From Calcarisporiella thermophila CBS 279.70 (taxonomy: Eukaryota > Fungi > Calcarisporiellomycota): a DNA stretch of 56,226 bases. The DNA lies in NCBI RefSeq assembly GCF_041956535.1, contig NW_027192210.1, forward strand, positions 80,984 to 137,209, in the 5' to 3' direction. Positions 39,284 to 52,603 of this stretch are shown one piece after another. Numbering within the stretch: position 1 is the stretch's first letter; every line of letters starts with the position of its first letter. The position numbers were made by a program, and so were the translations under genes. The notes under the pieces are model-generated. The model made no database searches, was not told where the DNA came from, and was given only the letters and a program-made list of their open reading frames with translations.

Positions 39284-40855
39284 ATGCAGTTACAGGCCCC
39301 TTTATCCTTCCTTTTACTTACTTCTTCATTACTCGCATTTGCTCTGCCGTTACGAATTCTTCCATCGAGCTCATATGAGATTGCACAAGCCTTAACAGCC
39401 CGGTCATGCAAGCTGCTGGAAAGCTGTGCAAAATTGCATGATATAAGTCCACTGATATCAGTAGCCGAAGTAAGCACTGAAACACCTTTGTGAGTTTTTG
39501 GAATGAATTTCTCGATATTGATGCTTGAATGCTTTAGGATGAAGAAAACAAGAAGCTGGTACGATCTGTTCAATTCGTGAAGAGAACACCACAGAAATGG
39601 CAAAGCACAATAACTAAGAGAAAGGCTCTACCCGAGCACGATTCTACAATTCAGTTAAACCATTTGCTCGAGTCACCTTCAAAACGCTCGCTGCTAGAAA
39701 GCGTCACCAGTTTTGTAGGCGGTGGAAGCGGAGACCTAGTTGAACTTCTCCCTTTGCTTGACCAAGAGGTATCCTTGGATATATTAAATTAATTGAAATT
39801 GTGCAAATCTAATTCGGCTTTCATCAAGAACGAAGGCACCGGTAACAAAGGAAAAGTGGTGAATGAAAATCAAGCTTCCAAACATGAGATATCATCCGAG
39901 CTTCGACAAGATAGGCCAGGGGATGATCTTCTTGGCCTCAACGAGTTGCTACAAAACTTAAAGAAGCGTGGCCTCTTGGACAGTCTAACCTCAAGTTTAA
40001 CTGGTGATGACGGACGCGGTGGATCTCTTCTCGACGGCGTCCCACTGCTAAAGCCAAAGGTAAGCTAGAGTACAGCGGCTTATTTTGCATTGCAGCTGAC
40101 GGGGTGATAAATAGAAGAAAAAGCCAAAAAAATCAAAGCAGAAGTCCAGTAAAGGTAATTCAAACGCATCCCCCCTGGATCTCGTTGAGGCGCTGAGCCC
40201 TTTTTCTTCAAATCCCGAAGATAACAACACTCAAGAATTCAAACCCGAAAAGAAAGCCAAAAGCCGCGAGAAGTTCGCTGGCGAACAATCTCTTGCTACG
40301 AGCCAGCCATCCACACAGGATAGCTTGGACACTGAACAAGGCCAAAACAATGGCTTGCTGGGCAATTTGGTTGATACCGTTAACGACATTCCAATTATAT
40401 CACAATTTGCCATCGAATCTCCTTCAATTACGACTCCATCTCCGCTGGCGGCAGCTCCCGATATCGCTGATGAACTGGGTGTGCTTTCTCGTATCACAGG
40501 CAGTACCTCTGTCCCGACAAGTAGCGTTGACGCCTTCACCGCTTCATCCCCACTTTCCTCTGTAGATGCTCCGAACTCTCCCCAAGTAGTCACACAGTCC
40601 GTTTTCCTCCAGACAATAACTCCCACTGTTACCCAAGCACCCCCCGCTGGTGATGTTCCCGTGGCTCCCGAGGTAGTTGTCGTAACACGTACGGCTTCCA
40701 CTTCGACACCTACCCAATTTTCGACAGCCGGGTCCGCAGGTTTTCCCCAGATAGGCGCCAACTCATTAAGTCAATATAGTGGCGCAACCGCGAGGTCAAA
40801 TCATGTTTTGGTCGTGGTTGGCGCGCTAGCCTTTGCTGTTCTGATGCTGGGTTAG
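39284..40855 (+). CDS. Secreted, probably GPI-anchored precursor with multiple KR sites and duplicated amphipathic segments
   Basis: Four exons joined in frame. N-terminal signal, KR sites (VKR, TKR, SKR, KKR), Ser/Thr/Pro stalk, C-terminal SGATARSNHVLVVVGALAFAVLMLG. Confidence 0.8.
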
Positions 40856-41065
40856 CCGAAACCATTTCCTTTCATTCACACCCTCGATACCTTGGAACCG
40901 AGTAAACTTTTCAATGAACGCTCTGCTGAATCTTTCTATTTCATTTCTATTCTCATGGAGGGGAATGGCTGGACTGTCCCCCTAATATTCCTGTTGCCCT
41001 TGATACAAATGAATAAAGATGTCCCTGAAGGGGTGGAATTAAAATTCTGATCTATTATTATTAAT

Positions 41066-42941
41066 TTATTCTTCATTTTTCCTAAGTACACTTAGGACAT
41101 CCTCTGGATTCACTCTGAATTGTTCCATGCGTTCTAGGTCTCTCACCGTCACCAACTCTTTTTCGATCTCCTCCTCTCCTACCAAGATTGCATGGGAGGC
41201 GTCCTTTCCAAGTTTCGGTAAGAGAGTACGCAAATTCGTTTTCCATCCGCTCAATACTCTCCTTTCGCTAGTCCTTTTCTCGACATTTGCGGTCGTAGGG
41301 TGGTAGAGCATCACTCGCTTTCCACGACTGCGCAAAGCCGATGCAACCTCTACCGATTTTGTGTATATTCTAGCACATATGTCTGGATGAAGCCGCGTTT
41401 CCACCACTGGTATAACCGCAATCTTTTCTCGCTTAGGAGGGGTATAGGTGGTCAAGGCTACGAGTCGATCCACTCCCGCTGCCCATCTGCCCATTAGCAC
41501 ACAAAAGATTGTTAGCGCTCAAAGAATGTGTCCTGGATTCAGCCACACACCTACCCAATTCCAGGGACATGTTGGGGACCGCCCATCATGCCCACCAATC
41601 CATCATACCGTCCTCCTGCCAGAACAGTACCCTGTGCTTTCCCCAATCGTGCTTCTTCACTACTTTGCGACTCTTCGTTGGCGGAATACACGAATTCAAA
41701 TACAGTTTCCTCGTAGTAATCAATCCCCCTCACCAATCGTGGATTGGCCTTGACACGCATTCCTGTTGCCGGTAAAGCCTCGGTCAGAAATGCGAGTCGA
41801 TCGCGAGAGGCTTCAGTAAGATAATCGGTGAGTAGCGGACATTGGGCTATCAAAGGCGCATCGGATGGATGCTTGGAGTCGAGAATGCGTAATGGATTTG
41901 TTGTTAGGCGGCGTGCGCTATCCTCAGACAACTGGGTCGAGTGTGAGCTAAAGTATTCCGTTAAGGCAGCACGATAGCGTTTGCGAGATTCGATGTCGCC
42001 TAATGTGTTGATTTCAAGCTATGGAACAAACGGTTAGAAATGCAAGCACAATTCAGCGGGTAGAGATCAGTAGTATTCAGGACCTACCTCAACCATATTG
42101 CCTAGATCCAAACGCTTTAAAAACTCCCATGCGAACTCGATTACCTCTAGATCAGAACTGGGGTGAGACACGCCAAACAATTCGACTCCAAACTGTTCGA
42201 ACTAATAGGAGGGTTTCCACAGCAATATCTCGTCAAAGAGCGTGCCATTTGAATGGCCGAGCGAATGAATTGAGACGTTACCTGACGTAGCCGGCCTTTC
42301 TGTGGTCGTTCATGTCGAAACATTGGGCCATAGTAATAATATTTCTGTGGGAGTGTATTTACAAGCTTGTTGCTAATCAATGCTCTTGCAATGCCTATAC
42401 AGGAGGGGGGAATAATAAGGCGTTAGCGCTGATATTGCTGACACCACTCGTCGATGGAGATCAACCTGCGGTTCCCTCAGGCCGCATCGTCAAGGTGGAC
42501 CCATTCTTGTCCACAAATTTGTATAATTCTTTGCCCACAATATCCGAGTCATCGCCGAGAGTTCGCTCAAAGACTTCAGCATGCTCAAGAATGGGGGTTG
42601 AGATCTGGAATTGAAAAAAGCAGTCAGCATCCGTTTAAAACCAATACAGAGTTGGAAAACAAAAATGTATACATGTTCGAAATCGTAGAGCTCAGCTACT
42701 GTGGAACCGGTGCGATAGATGTGTTGATAAACGGCATTTTCAGCTCCTAATCGATCTTTCATTCCACGTACGGGGCGCGAATTGTCTTTTGGAGATTGAA
42801 TAGCAATAAAACTTAGGATTCAGCAATGCCTACGATTGCGAACCGGGAGAGCTTACCTCGCGCAGTAGCGAAGCATCTGCGGGCGCCGGGGAAGGAGGTG
42901 TGCCATAGAGATGTCAATAATCGTGATTCAAGTCTTGTCAT
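41066..42941 (-). CDS. hisS: Bacterial-type (mitochondrial) histidyl-tRNA synthetase
   Basis: Presequence [28 protein letters not shown]; [57 protein letters not shown]; several spliceosomal introns. Confidence 0.9.
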
Positions 42942-43348
42942 TCTATTTGCATTCGAACGGCCCCTTTGGCTCAAACCGCACGCTCCGACAACGACCAGAG
43001 TTTATTTGAATAGATGTGTTTGGTGCTTACAATTTTCCAGTCTTTGCACAAGGCTGAGTTTCAAGCGAGAGGAGATTCACTGGAACGCTATCTCCCAGTT
43101 ATTGCTGCTGTATATCTCTCGTGTGTGGGCTAAAAGCTCGTGTATAACCTAGTAACTGCCGGAACCCGTCGGTTACGCATCCGAAACCTCAGCTTATTCA
43201 ACGCATCGGATGGGTGAGATCCAAGGCTGCACCGAAATAAAATAGGCACATCCGGCCTGAGTCTGCCCTGGAGTCTGTGCCTTTTTTTTCCCTCGCCCCT
43301 TTCCCCATCCCAATTCTCCCCTCCGACTTCTATGACCCCCTCCCCGGG

Positions 43349-45068
43349 ATGGAACTCAAATTCATCTATACCAACATAGTCACGGCTGCCAAGAGCAGGA
43401 AAAAGCCCGATGACCATGTTCTCCATCTTCTCATTAAATTGAAGGAGCTTGAATCGCAGGTGGAGGAGGTATCCGGCACCGTGCGCGAGATTTCGGATGT
43501 GAAGGGTCCAGTGAAGAGCACCTCGCTGATTAAGCCCAAAGAACTTCTGCAGCGACACCTGTATAGGCGCATTCCTGCTTTGGGATTGCGCGTACAGTTC
43601 CAGTTAGGGACCTTTTCGGATCTACATGAATTCCTGCGCGATTTTCTGGATGAATTGCCTGCCATGCCTATCGCTCCTGCAGCGCCCGCCGTGAATCGAG
43701 AGCGTATCGGTCCAACACAGATACGCCTCTCGCTCCTCGAAGGGCCTCAGCATACCTCGAAAAATCAAGACATGCAGTCCATCGATATCGCACAACACCC
43801 ATTGCTTCCAGCATTGTATAGCGTGTATTTTTCTTCGTGCTTCTATCACTTCCAACCGGTTAACAACATGCCCGAGCTTAGAGATCAACTGGCTCGCGGC
43901 ACCGCAGACCCAGCCTTTTTCCACTCCCTTATCGCATGGACTGCTCAGCATATCTATCAGTGCCATCCGGACTCTCCTCAGCACGATCTACTGCCGGTTC
44001 TCGCCAAGAGAGGTTATGAAGAGGCACGCAAACTACTTGCGGATGAGGCCATGGAAAACCCATCCGAGCTTACTGTGCTGACTGCTCTCAATTTGTGCAT
44101 GTACCTGATCATGGAGTCGAACTTCAAAGAACAGGCGGGGATTCTGTCATTAATGACTGCAATGGCAGTTCAACTGAAAATGGATGTAGAAGACCCGGAC
44201 CTGGATAGGGTGACTGCCGAAACCCGGCGCCGGTTAAGGTAATCTATTAAGCTGGACGGCCGAATATGCATCCTCTGTGATGTCGAGCTAATTTTTCATC
44301 TATTTGCTGCGGTATGACAGATGGGCTATCCATCACATTGAGCTTGGAGTTGCTGCATATGGCGGTCGACCTTTGACTTTCAATATTTCCCAATACACTC
44401 GACAATTCAAGCCTGTGCTTCAGCCTAAGGAAACGGAAGAAACGCGGCTAGCTCTGAATTTTCTCGTCGAAGCTGCCGAGTGGTATTCAGTCCTGCTAAA
44501 GCTACCCATTATTGACACATCACTCTCGGACATCGAAATTTTAGATCTGCTCGCCAAGAATCTCTCGACCATCAAGGGCTTTCTACCTCGCAAAAACGAA
44601 GGAAGGTACTGTGGGCAGGCTAGCCTTAAAGACTTTTCCTGGGCAGATCTCTCCTACGCAACGCATGTGTGGAGTGCGGTCGGTCTCATTTGGTACAATC
44701 TTCTTCAGCCAGGTCCCCACCGCCCTGCATCGCCTCCAAGTCGATGGAACACCCCTCTAATGCTCGAACTGCGGAAAATAGCCCTTAAAGAATCAATGCT
44801 CGCAGCCTGCAATGTCACCGCGCTTTTCTACGAGATCGCTCGACGTGGTGTATGGTGCGGACAAATGCCCATCTCTAGTATCACAATAACATGCCACATC
44901 TATCATTACATCAGTTTACACCACGACAACTCAAAATATCGACAGGCCGCACTTTTTCACCTGCAAAACACATACAGGATCTTCCATTCGAAGCCTGGTG
45001 TAAGATGGGCCCAGGCCAAGGGGCTTATCAAATGGCTGAAAATGACCATTGCGTCGTTGAGACACTAG
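43349..45068 (+). CDS. Fungal transcription factor middle-homology (Fungal_trans-like) protein without a visible Zn2Cys6 domain
   Basis: Coiled coil LKELESQVEEV, YFSSCFYHFQPV, AMAVQLKMD, AETRRRL; two long exons. Confidence 0.7.
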
Positions 45069-45521
45069 GAACAGACTTAAAGAATATGTTGACCATGTTT
45101 ATTATATACCCCACTTAAACTGTCTATTATTTATTTGTACTCCTTAAAAGGCCTTTTATATTACACGTGTGATTTTTCCTCCTGTTGTATTTTATCCTGC
45201 TTTTATTATTCTTTTTTAACTCCCAATCTATTTCTCATATACCTCAGAACTCTGGATACCGCAAGCCCTTGGCCAGGTTGAAATGCTCCCAACAATTAGA
45301 GAAGCAATAGAAACTTTTGGCCGCGAGGGTAAATGTGCTTGGGCCGAAGCATTTTACAGAAATTTGTATGGAATCCCCCAACATTCAAACAACACGTGAG
45401 TTTTAAATTGTATCCCATTCAGATAATTTTACCGAGTGCTGACATCTGTTTCTACTTCTATAGACATTAGAGCTTGATTACATCTTTTATATCAGTATAC
45501 TGTTAATTGGGACAAGTGGAT

Positions 45522-47963
45522 ATGTTACGTTTGGTAAAGACTTCCATTTCTGTTCTTGAAGGAGATGATTTTTTGACATGTGCGAGCAAATTATAGTTGC
45601 ACCGGTGGCCATCAGTATGCCAAAAAAGAAGCGCAATCTTATTAGCACGGCAACAGACTAGACAACTTTCCTTTCAAAATTTCATCCACACTAATCATTA
45701 TAGGTCACAGAACATCAGGTAATGCATCACCATTGCATTTCTCTCATCGTTCCGGTTCTAATTTACGTTTCTTAGAAGCCAGCCATCTCGAATTTCGATT
45801 AAACCTTCCACATATGCTCTCCCCGTTTTCGGCTTCGTGGTGTCTTATAGAGCGGCCGTTCATACGCGTCACTACACAGGCAGTCTCTTTGTCCAATGTG
45901 AAGCCGCTTCTCATCCTCCCACTTTCTCCTCTTCATACGCCTTAAAAAAGGCTCACGCAACTCCTCTGGCATCAACTACAAATACTTTTCCAGAGGACCG
46001 AATTCCGACACGAGTGCTACTCTGGGAAATATGGAAACTCATCAAGCCCGATCTCTTATTACTGATGGGTGTTACACTGTCTGCTGTTGCGGCAGCAGTC
46101 GTGAATTTAAAGACTCCAGCTGTCACAGGCAAGCTCATCAGCGTGATCTCCAAAAGCTTAACTGGGGCAGGTGCTCAACTCGCGCTTGCACAACTGCGTG
46201 AGCCGGCTTTAAGACTCTTGGCCCTATTTGGGGCTCAAGGTTTTCTGACATTTTGTCATATTTCGTTGGTATCTGTACTTGGGGAGAATATTGCAAGGCG
46301 CTTGAAGCGCCGTGTATTTACCTCGATCGTCTGCCAGGATATGGCTTTCTTCGATCGTTACAAAAGCGGTGAATTGGTGAGCCGGTTGACCACCGATGTC
46401 AATGAGTTCAAGCATACTTTCAAACAAATTATTACCCAAGGGCTCAAAGCAGTTACCCAGACGATAGGAGCCAGTGTTCAGCTCCTCCAGCTCTCCCCCT
46501 CCCTGACTTTTACATTATGCGCTACTATGCCCGTACTGTACGCGCTACTGAATGTTTACGGCGCTTATCTACGTGACCTCAGTCGGCGCGGCCGTGCCAT
46601 TGATGGAATCGCAACCGGGCTAGCCAGTGAGTCGATACAAAACATCCGCACGGTGCGTGCCTTTGCTGCGGAAGAACGCGAGACCCATGCGTTTGATGCT
46701 GCGGCGAACGATGTAGCCAAGGCCAATTCCTATCTTGGCTTGCATGTAGGTCTGTTCCAGGGAATTACCAACTTTTCCATTGGATGTATGGTGCTAGTTG
46801 TTCTCTACTACGGAGGCACGCTAGTGGTTCGCAACGAGATGAGTGGTGGTGATCTCATGACTTATATGATATCCACGCAGTCGACCCAGAAATCGCTGGT
46901 TTCGCTGGGCGTTTTGTTCGGGCAAACAATCAAGGCAATGGCGGCTGCATCGCGCGTATTTGAATTTGCTAGCATGAAACCTCGGATTCCTCTGGTAGGC
47001 GGGCTCACCCCACCCGGAATGAATGGCTCGATCGAGTTTAGAGGCGTGGAGTTTACCTACCCAACCCGGCCTGATCATAAAGTTCTGGATGAATTCAACC
47101 TGAGAATACTGCCTGGACAGATGGTCGCGCTTTGCGGCGCTTCGGGTATGCTAGCTAAAATGGATGAATTGCTTATCAAAATGTATGACCTTTTTTTTTG
47201 TTTTATATCAAGGCTCTGGTAAATCCACCATTGCTGCTCTTGTCGAGCGCTTCTATGAACCGTCCACAGGGGATATTCTCATCGACGGTGTTCCACTTCG
47301 CGCACTTGACCCGTCGTGGGTACGACGTCAGATAGGCTACATCAACCAGGAGCCTGTGCTGTTTGCAACCACCCTTGCAGAGAATATTCGATATGGCCGG
47401 CCCAACGCAACGGATGAAGAGGTCAAGGAAGCAGCAAGGCGAGCCAATGCACTGGACTTCATTGAGAGCTTCCCTCAAGGATTCGACACCATGGTTGGAG
47501 AAAGGGGCGTCACCCTTAGTGGCGGCCAAAAACAGCGCATTGCAATTGCAAGGGCCATATTGAAGAATCCCAGGGTGCTTGTGTTAGATGAAGCAACAAG
47601 TGCTCTCGACACCCAGTCAGAGAAGGTAGTACAGGATGCACTCGAAGAACTTATGCGGGGACGAACGGTGCTTGTGATTGCTCACCGACTCTCGACAATT
47701 GAAGCGGCTGATATGATTGTAAATATCATCTTCCTTCGCTCCTCTGCTGCTTTGCTGACCATCATGCTCTTCTCTACTCCTAACCCTTCCCTTCCCTATA
47801 GGTCGTAATGGGCCGTGTAAAAGGCAACATTGTCGAACAGGGTAGCCATAAGCAGCTTCTTGCCAACAAGGGTGTCTACTATCACCTGTATGCGCAGGCA
47901 GCCTCGGCAGGTGGCATCATCCCGGATATTCAGGAAGAGCCCCGGAGGGAATTCATTAGTTAA
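45522..47963 (+). CDS. Mitochondrial half-size ABC transporter (ABCB8/Mdl-like)
   Basis: [15 protein letters not shown], Walker A GASGSGKST (across an intron), [23 protein letters not shown]. Presequence reconstructed from small 5' exons. Confidence 0.93.
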
Positions 47964-48331
47964 ATCATCTATAACTTAATTCGATTACTCCTCGGATCCC
48001 CGTGTGTATGTATAGACATTTTCCGCATCTAAACCTGTTTACCATAATTCGTCTGGAATCTATCCTCTCCCCCCTCTTCTTTCCCAGGCCACTGTTAATT
48101 TATAAAGGAATCCTTTATTCTTATATCCTTAGTTTAAAAACAATGAGTTATGGTTAGAAAAGAGAGAAATATCAGGGGAAAAAGAGACAATCCAAATGAA
48201 AGAGGAAACTTCGCAAAATAGGAAACAAAACACGAACACGAACAAGAGAAAAATATTTCAAAAGGAAAAACGAAACTAACAAATAAAGAAAAAACTAAGA
48301 AACACGCATATGTCGCACTATGTTATCATGT

Positions 48332-49479
48332 TTAATTTTCATCTTTAGACTCTTCCTGCTCACCCTCCGCAGCTCCAGACTCTTCCCGCTCCTTGCCTTC
48401 ACCAGAATGCATGTCTGACGTCCACAAAGTGAGATTGTCGCGAAGGAGCTGCATGATAAGGGTCGAATCCTTGTACGAGTCTTCGCTCAGCGTGTCCAGC
48501 TCTGCAATTGCATCATCAAAGGCTTGTTTAGCCAGTTGGCATGCACGATCGGGAGAGTTGAAGATTTCGTAGTAGAACACCGAGAAGTTGAGAGCAAGTC
48601 CAAGGCGAATCGGGTGGGTTGGAGGGAGACTTACAATGGCGATATCGGTGGCACTCTTGTAGGCCTTCAGCGACTCATCCGCAGCATCCTTGCGTACGCT
48701 CTCAGTGGCGAACTCAGCAAGATACCGATAATAGTCGCCCTTCATTTTGTTGTAGAAGACTTTGCTCTCATCCGAAGTTGCCTTTCCGATGAGATGCTTG
48801 TCGAGAACTTCAAGGATGTCTTTACAGATACTGGCAAGTTCTGACTCGACCTTTTCAAGATATTTCTTGATCATTACAACATGCCCTTCGTTCCCTTTAG
48901 ATTCCTCCTTTTGCAAAATGGATGAGATGATACGCCATGAAGCACGGCGGGCACCAATCACATTCTTGTATGCAACAGAGAGCAAGTTACGTTCCTCGAC
49001 GGAAAGTTCTTGCTCATTTGCGGCAACCTTCTTCATGTAATCGACCATCTCTGCAAGAGAAGATATGGTAAGTATCTAAAAATGTCGAAGTGATTTCGCG
49101 CAAGTAAACAATGAAACGCGTCAATTCATACCCTCATATCTCTCGGATTGCTCCGCCAGCTTGGCTAGGTAGATTTGGTTTTCACGCTCCTAAAATATAT
49201 AAAAATGATACGTTAAAAATCTACTCTTCAAATTCTCCAGGCTCTTCTCGGAATAATGTTTCTATTTCGCGTAAATTCAAAGATTATTCGCGTCAACTTG
49301 CTCACTCCACTTCCAAAATGACTTGTAATGGCAGAAATTTCTCAATTATTCAGTGATCTCTCCCGATCATCCGAACATTATATTTTGAAATATTCACATA
49401 TCACACCCAAATCAACCATTACATTTTCCTCTTGGAATTTATAAGGGTAGCCTTTATAACTTTTACTTACAGTAGTCAT
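48332..49479 (-). CDS. 14-3-3 protein
   Basis: [68 protein letters not shown]; 9-nt first coding exon (MTT). Confidence 0.98.
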
Positions 49480-49967
49480 TGTGCTAGGATATTGAAAGAT
49501 GGATGGATGGATTGGATTCTTGATGAGATGGATGAAGTAGAGAGATATAACGCGATGGATGTGTGAAAAAAAAATTACGCAAGTGGCGAAAAAAAGGGCA
49601 GAAATCTCGAACAAAGACCAGGGTGATATAGGTTAGGTTAGTCAATGACGTAAAATTACAAAGATATTAGCACACGTAGGGAAGTGCAGTGCTGCTGCTA
49701 CGAGCCTGTATCGATTTTTATTTCCATTTTTTAAGCTTCGATACCCGTATATTGACCAAAAATATGAGTCTTTAGAAATTCACACACATGTTCTTTAGGA
49801 GAATACTCTACCCTCAATATATCATTCACTGACTACTTCAAGGGCTTAGGTTGAAATTGGTAAGTGTGGCTTAGCTCGTAAGAATTGATTAATTTGAGAA
49901 TTAATCAAATACTAAGTTTGATACAATTCAGGGTTTAATTCCCTTAAAAACCACACTATTACATCAA

Positions 49968-50947
49968 ATGCCACACTATCAGCGGCGCTCCAATCTATCA
50001 CCTCTCCTATTACTTGGCATTCTTCTTTTTACACTTTATCTGCTAATAAGAGTTTCGCTTCGAAATGCAAACGCGCGTACAATATCTCCACATTTGACTC
50101 AAATCAGAACTTTAGATCCACTCCCTAAAGATGGACGCTTGGTTTTTATTGGAGATGTGCATGGCTGCGTGAAAGAGCTCAATCAACTGCTTGAGAAGCT
50201 AGAGTTTAATCCTACTAGGGATAAATTGGTCCTTACAGGAGATTTAGTTTCCAAAGGGCCTGATTCTCTCGGCGTGTTATCAAGAGCGGCGGAGCTTGGC
50301 GCAATTTGCGTAAGAGGCAATAACGATGATAAAGTGATCAGATGGAAAGTATTTTTGGATGGGCTACCTGATCGGGAAATGCAGGAATACTTAGATCCAA
50401 ATGATGTACCCCTTGATCTCAAGTTGAATAGTGACCATGAGTTGATTGCAAGGTATTTGATGAGGATTAATCTATATATGTTATTATCAGTTTCATATAT
50501 CTCATAATGATTGGCCATTTTGCTCCTATTACACTTAGAATTATGGACGATTCTACGTTTCAGTATCTCATATCCTGCCCTCTGATCCTGGACGTGCCCT
50601 CATTTGGAATTTATGTCGTTCATGGAGGACTTATGCCAGGGATTCCTCTAAGAGATCAAGTACCATATGATGTGATGAATATGCGGAATATCAAAAAGAA
50701 TGGGAAACCAACAAAGTCTAAGAACAAAGGGCGCTCTTGGTCCAAAGTTTGGAATGAAGCCCAAATAGGAAATGAAAACCCGCGCACAGTTGTATATGGA
50801 CACCAGGCATCGCGAGGTTTAAATATTAAGAAGTTTTCGATTGGAATAGACACTGGATGCGTATATGGAGGAGAATTGACAGCATACGTGTTGCCAGAAA
50901 GAAAGCTTGTCAGTGTACATTGTGATAAGTACACCGATGACGATTAA
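49968..50947 (+). CDS. Metallophosphoesterase, Ppn2/ApaH-like, with N-terminal membrane anchor
   Basis: IGDVHGC, GDLVSKGPDS, RGNND, VVHGG, VYGH, GIDTGCVYGGELTA; one intron. Confidence 0.9.
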
Positions 50948-51178
50948 CTCTACTTTTGAATTCAAGTTGTTCCATTGTACATAATTGGCTTTATACACTC
51001 GCGGCTGGAAGTCTGAATAGATATTTTTTTTAATTAAATACAAACATAAACAGAGGTTATAGCAATATGAATAATGTGTGTAAATATATCAAGAATGGTG
51101 TTCGTTAATGAGGATAAGAGGTTTCGTTCTACCAGAACATGCTAGTTAGTTAAAGTCCGATTATTGCTAAGCGCACTC

Positions 51179-52603
51179 TCATGGACCCACCTGTGCTAAA
51201 GTTTCATGCAAATGAGCTGGTTGTTTCCCCAACGCCTTGGCACTAGGTCTCTGTGGCACCTCTTCTACAATATCGTCAGCAAACGGATCTACTCCAGCAG
51301 CCATGGATGAGGAAGCCTCACTATATGTAAAATGCCCGTTTGATTTACTGCCATTCATTACTGCTTCATGACCTCCCAACAAATCCCCTTCCACGTTGCC
51401 ATGTAATTTCGTTTCCTCATCGGTTCCTCGCCAGTTAACGGTTTTAGAAGCCTTGGTTGCGTTAGCGATACAGTGCCGCTCGACCATCTCGTCGTATTGT
51501 TTAAACGCTTGTACCAATAGCTGGTTTGTTTCTAGTAATCTGCGCATCAACTCTCCGTCGTTATTGTCGGCGCTTTGTTGGATATGTCTTAATATAGTCG
51601 CTTGACTATCACGACACTTTGTGCGGAATTCCTGGATGATATCATGCTGTTCTGGGTTGACAGATTCAGGATTTGTGAACGAGAGTGTTTCAGTCAAAAG
51701 TTGGCTGTTGCTCTTCGCAATTGTAATATCATTTTCAATCTATAACCGTGTTAAGATATTGGTCGGCTTGAAAATCTTCATATTCATCGAGTTAACTCAC
51801 CGTCTCAGCTGTAATAGCACTCAGCACTTCCCTTTCCATCCTCTCGTCCAACTGTGGTATCTGCGAAGTTGCGAAACTAAAATTCTATCATCAAACCTTA
51901 AAGTTAGCGCTTGCCTATCTTGATATACTTTCCTCTGACACCCACATTATTATTGCCCTCTCCTGGACTTCGTTTATTTCCTCCGCTCAGCTCATCGCAC
52001 AATTTTCCGACGGACTTCAGCTCGTTGACACCATTAAAGATATTCTTGCAGTGATATAACAGACTCAATATTCGCTGTCGCCCTAGATCTGAAGTTGACT
52101 ATTAAAAAAAAATTAGCAACCATAATTTTAATTGAAATATCAAATATATACTCGTGAATAATAACACTGTTTTAAATCCTCAAGAAAATGGGGCCTCGCC
52201 ATCTGATCTACATTTTTGTAAATTAAATCCGATTGAGTAAAGCCGCTCCTGACCAGAGTTTAAATTAGAATGACAAACCATGAAATCGCTTTCCGCAGTT
52301 CTCCACTAAACATTGCATAACCTGAGAGCATCATTGGTTAGATACTTAACATTTCAAAGAATCTTAACACTTGATCCTTACAGTTATACTTAAAATGGTT
52401 GTTTTCCCATCTCCGGCCTTCAGCCGTCTCCGCAGTGCCTTGGCCGCCTCGCGTGCCCCTTCTGGCTGCCGATTTACCTCCTCAACGGTTGTAAATAGAA
52501 CTTGCCAGTTTTCTGTATCCTGGCTAGGATGCGTTAGAAAATCAATGTTTTCAGTGATGGTTGTTCGCGCTGGCGGTTTACTTATAGAAAAGATTTTCAT
52601 CAT
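51179..52603 (-). CDS. VHS-GAT trafficking adaptor (Lsb5/Tom1-like)
   Basis: GAREAAKALRRRLK, ENCGKRF (VHS); IAKSNSQLLTETLSF, EFRTKC, LLETNQLL (GAT); DPF motif. Confidence 0.82.
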
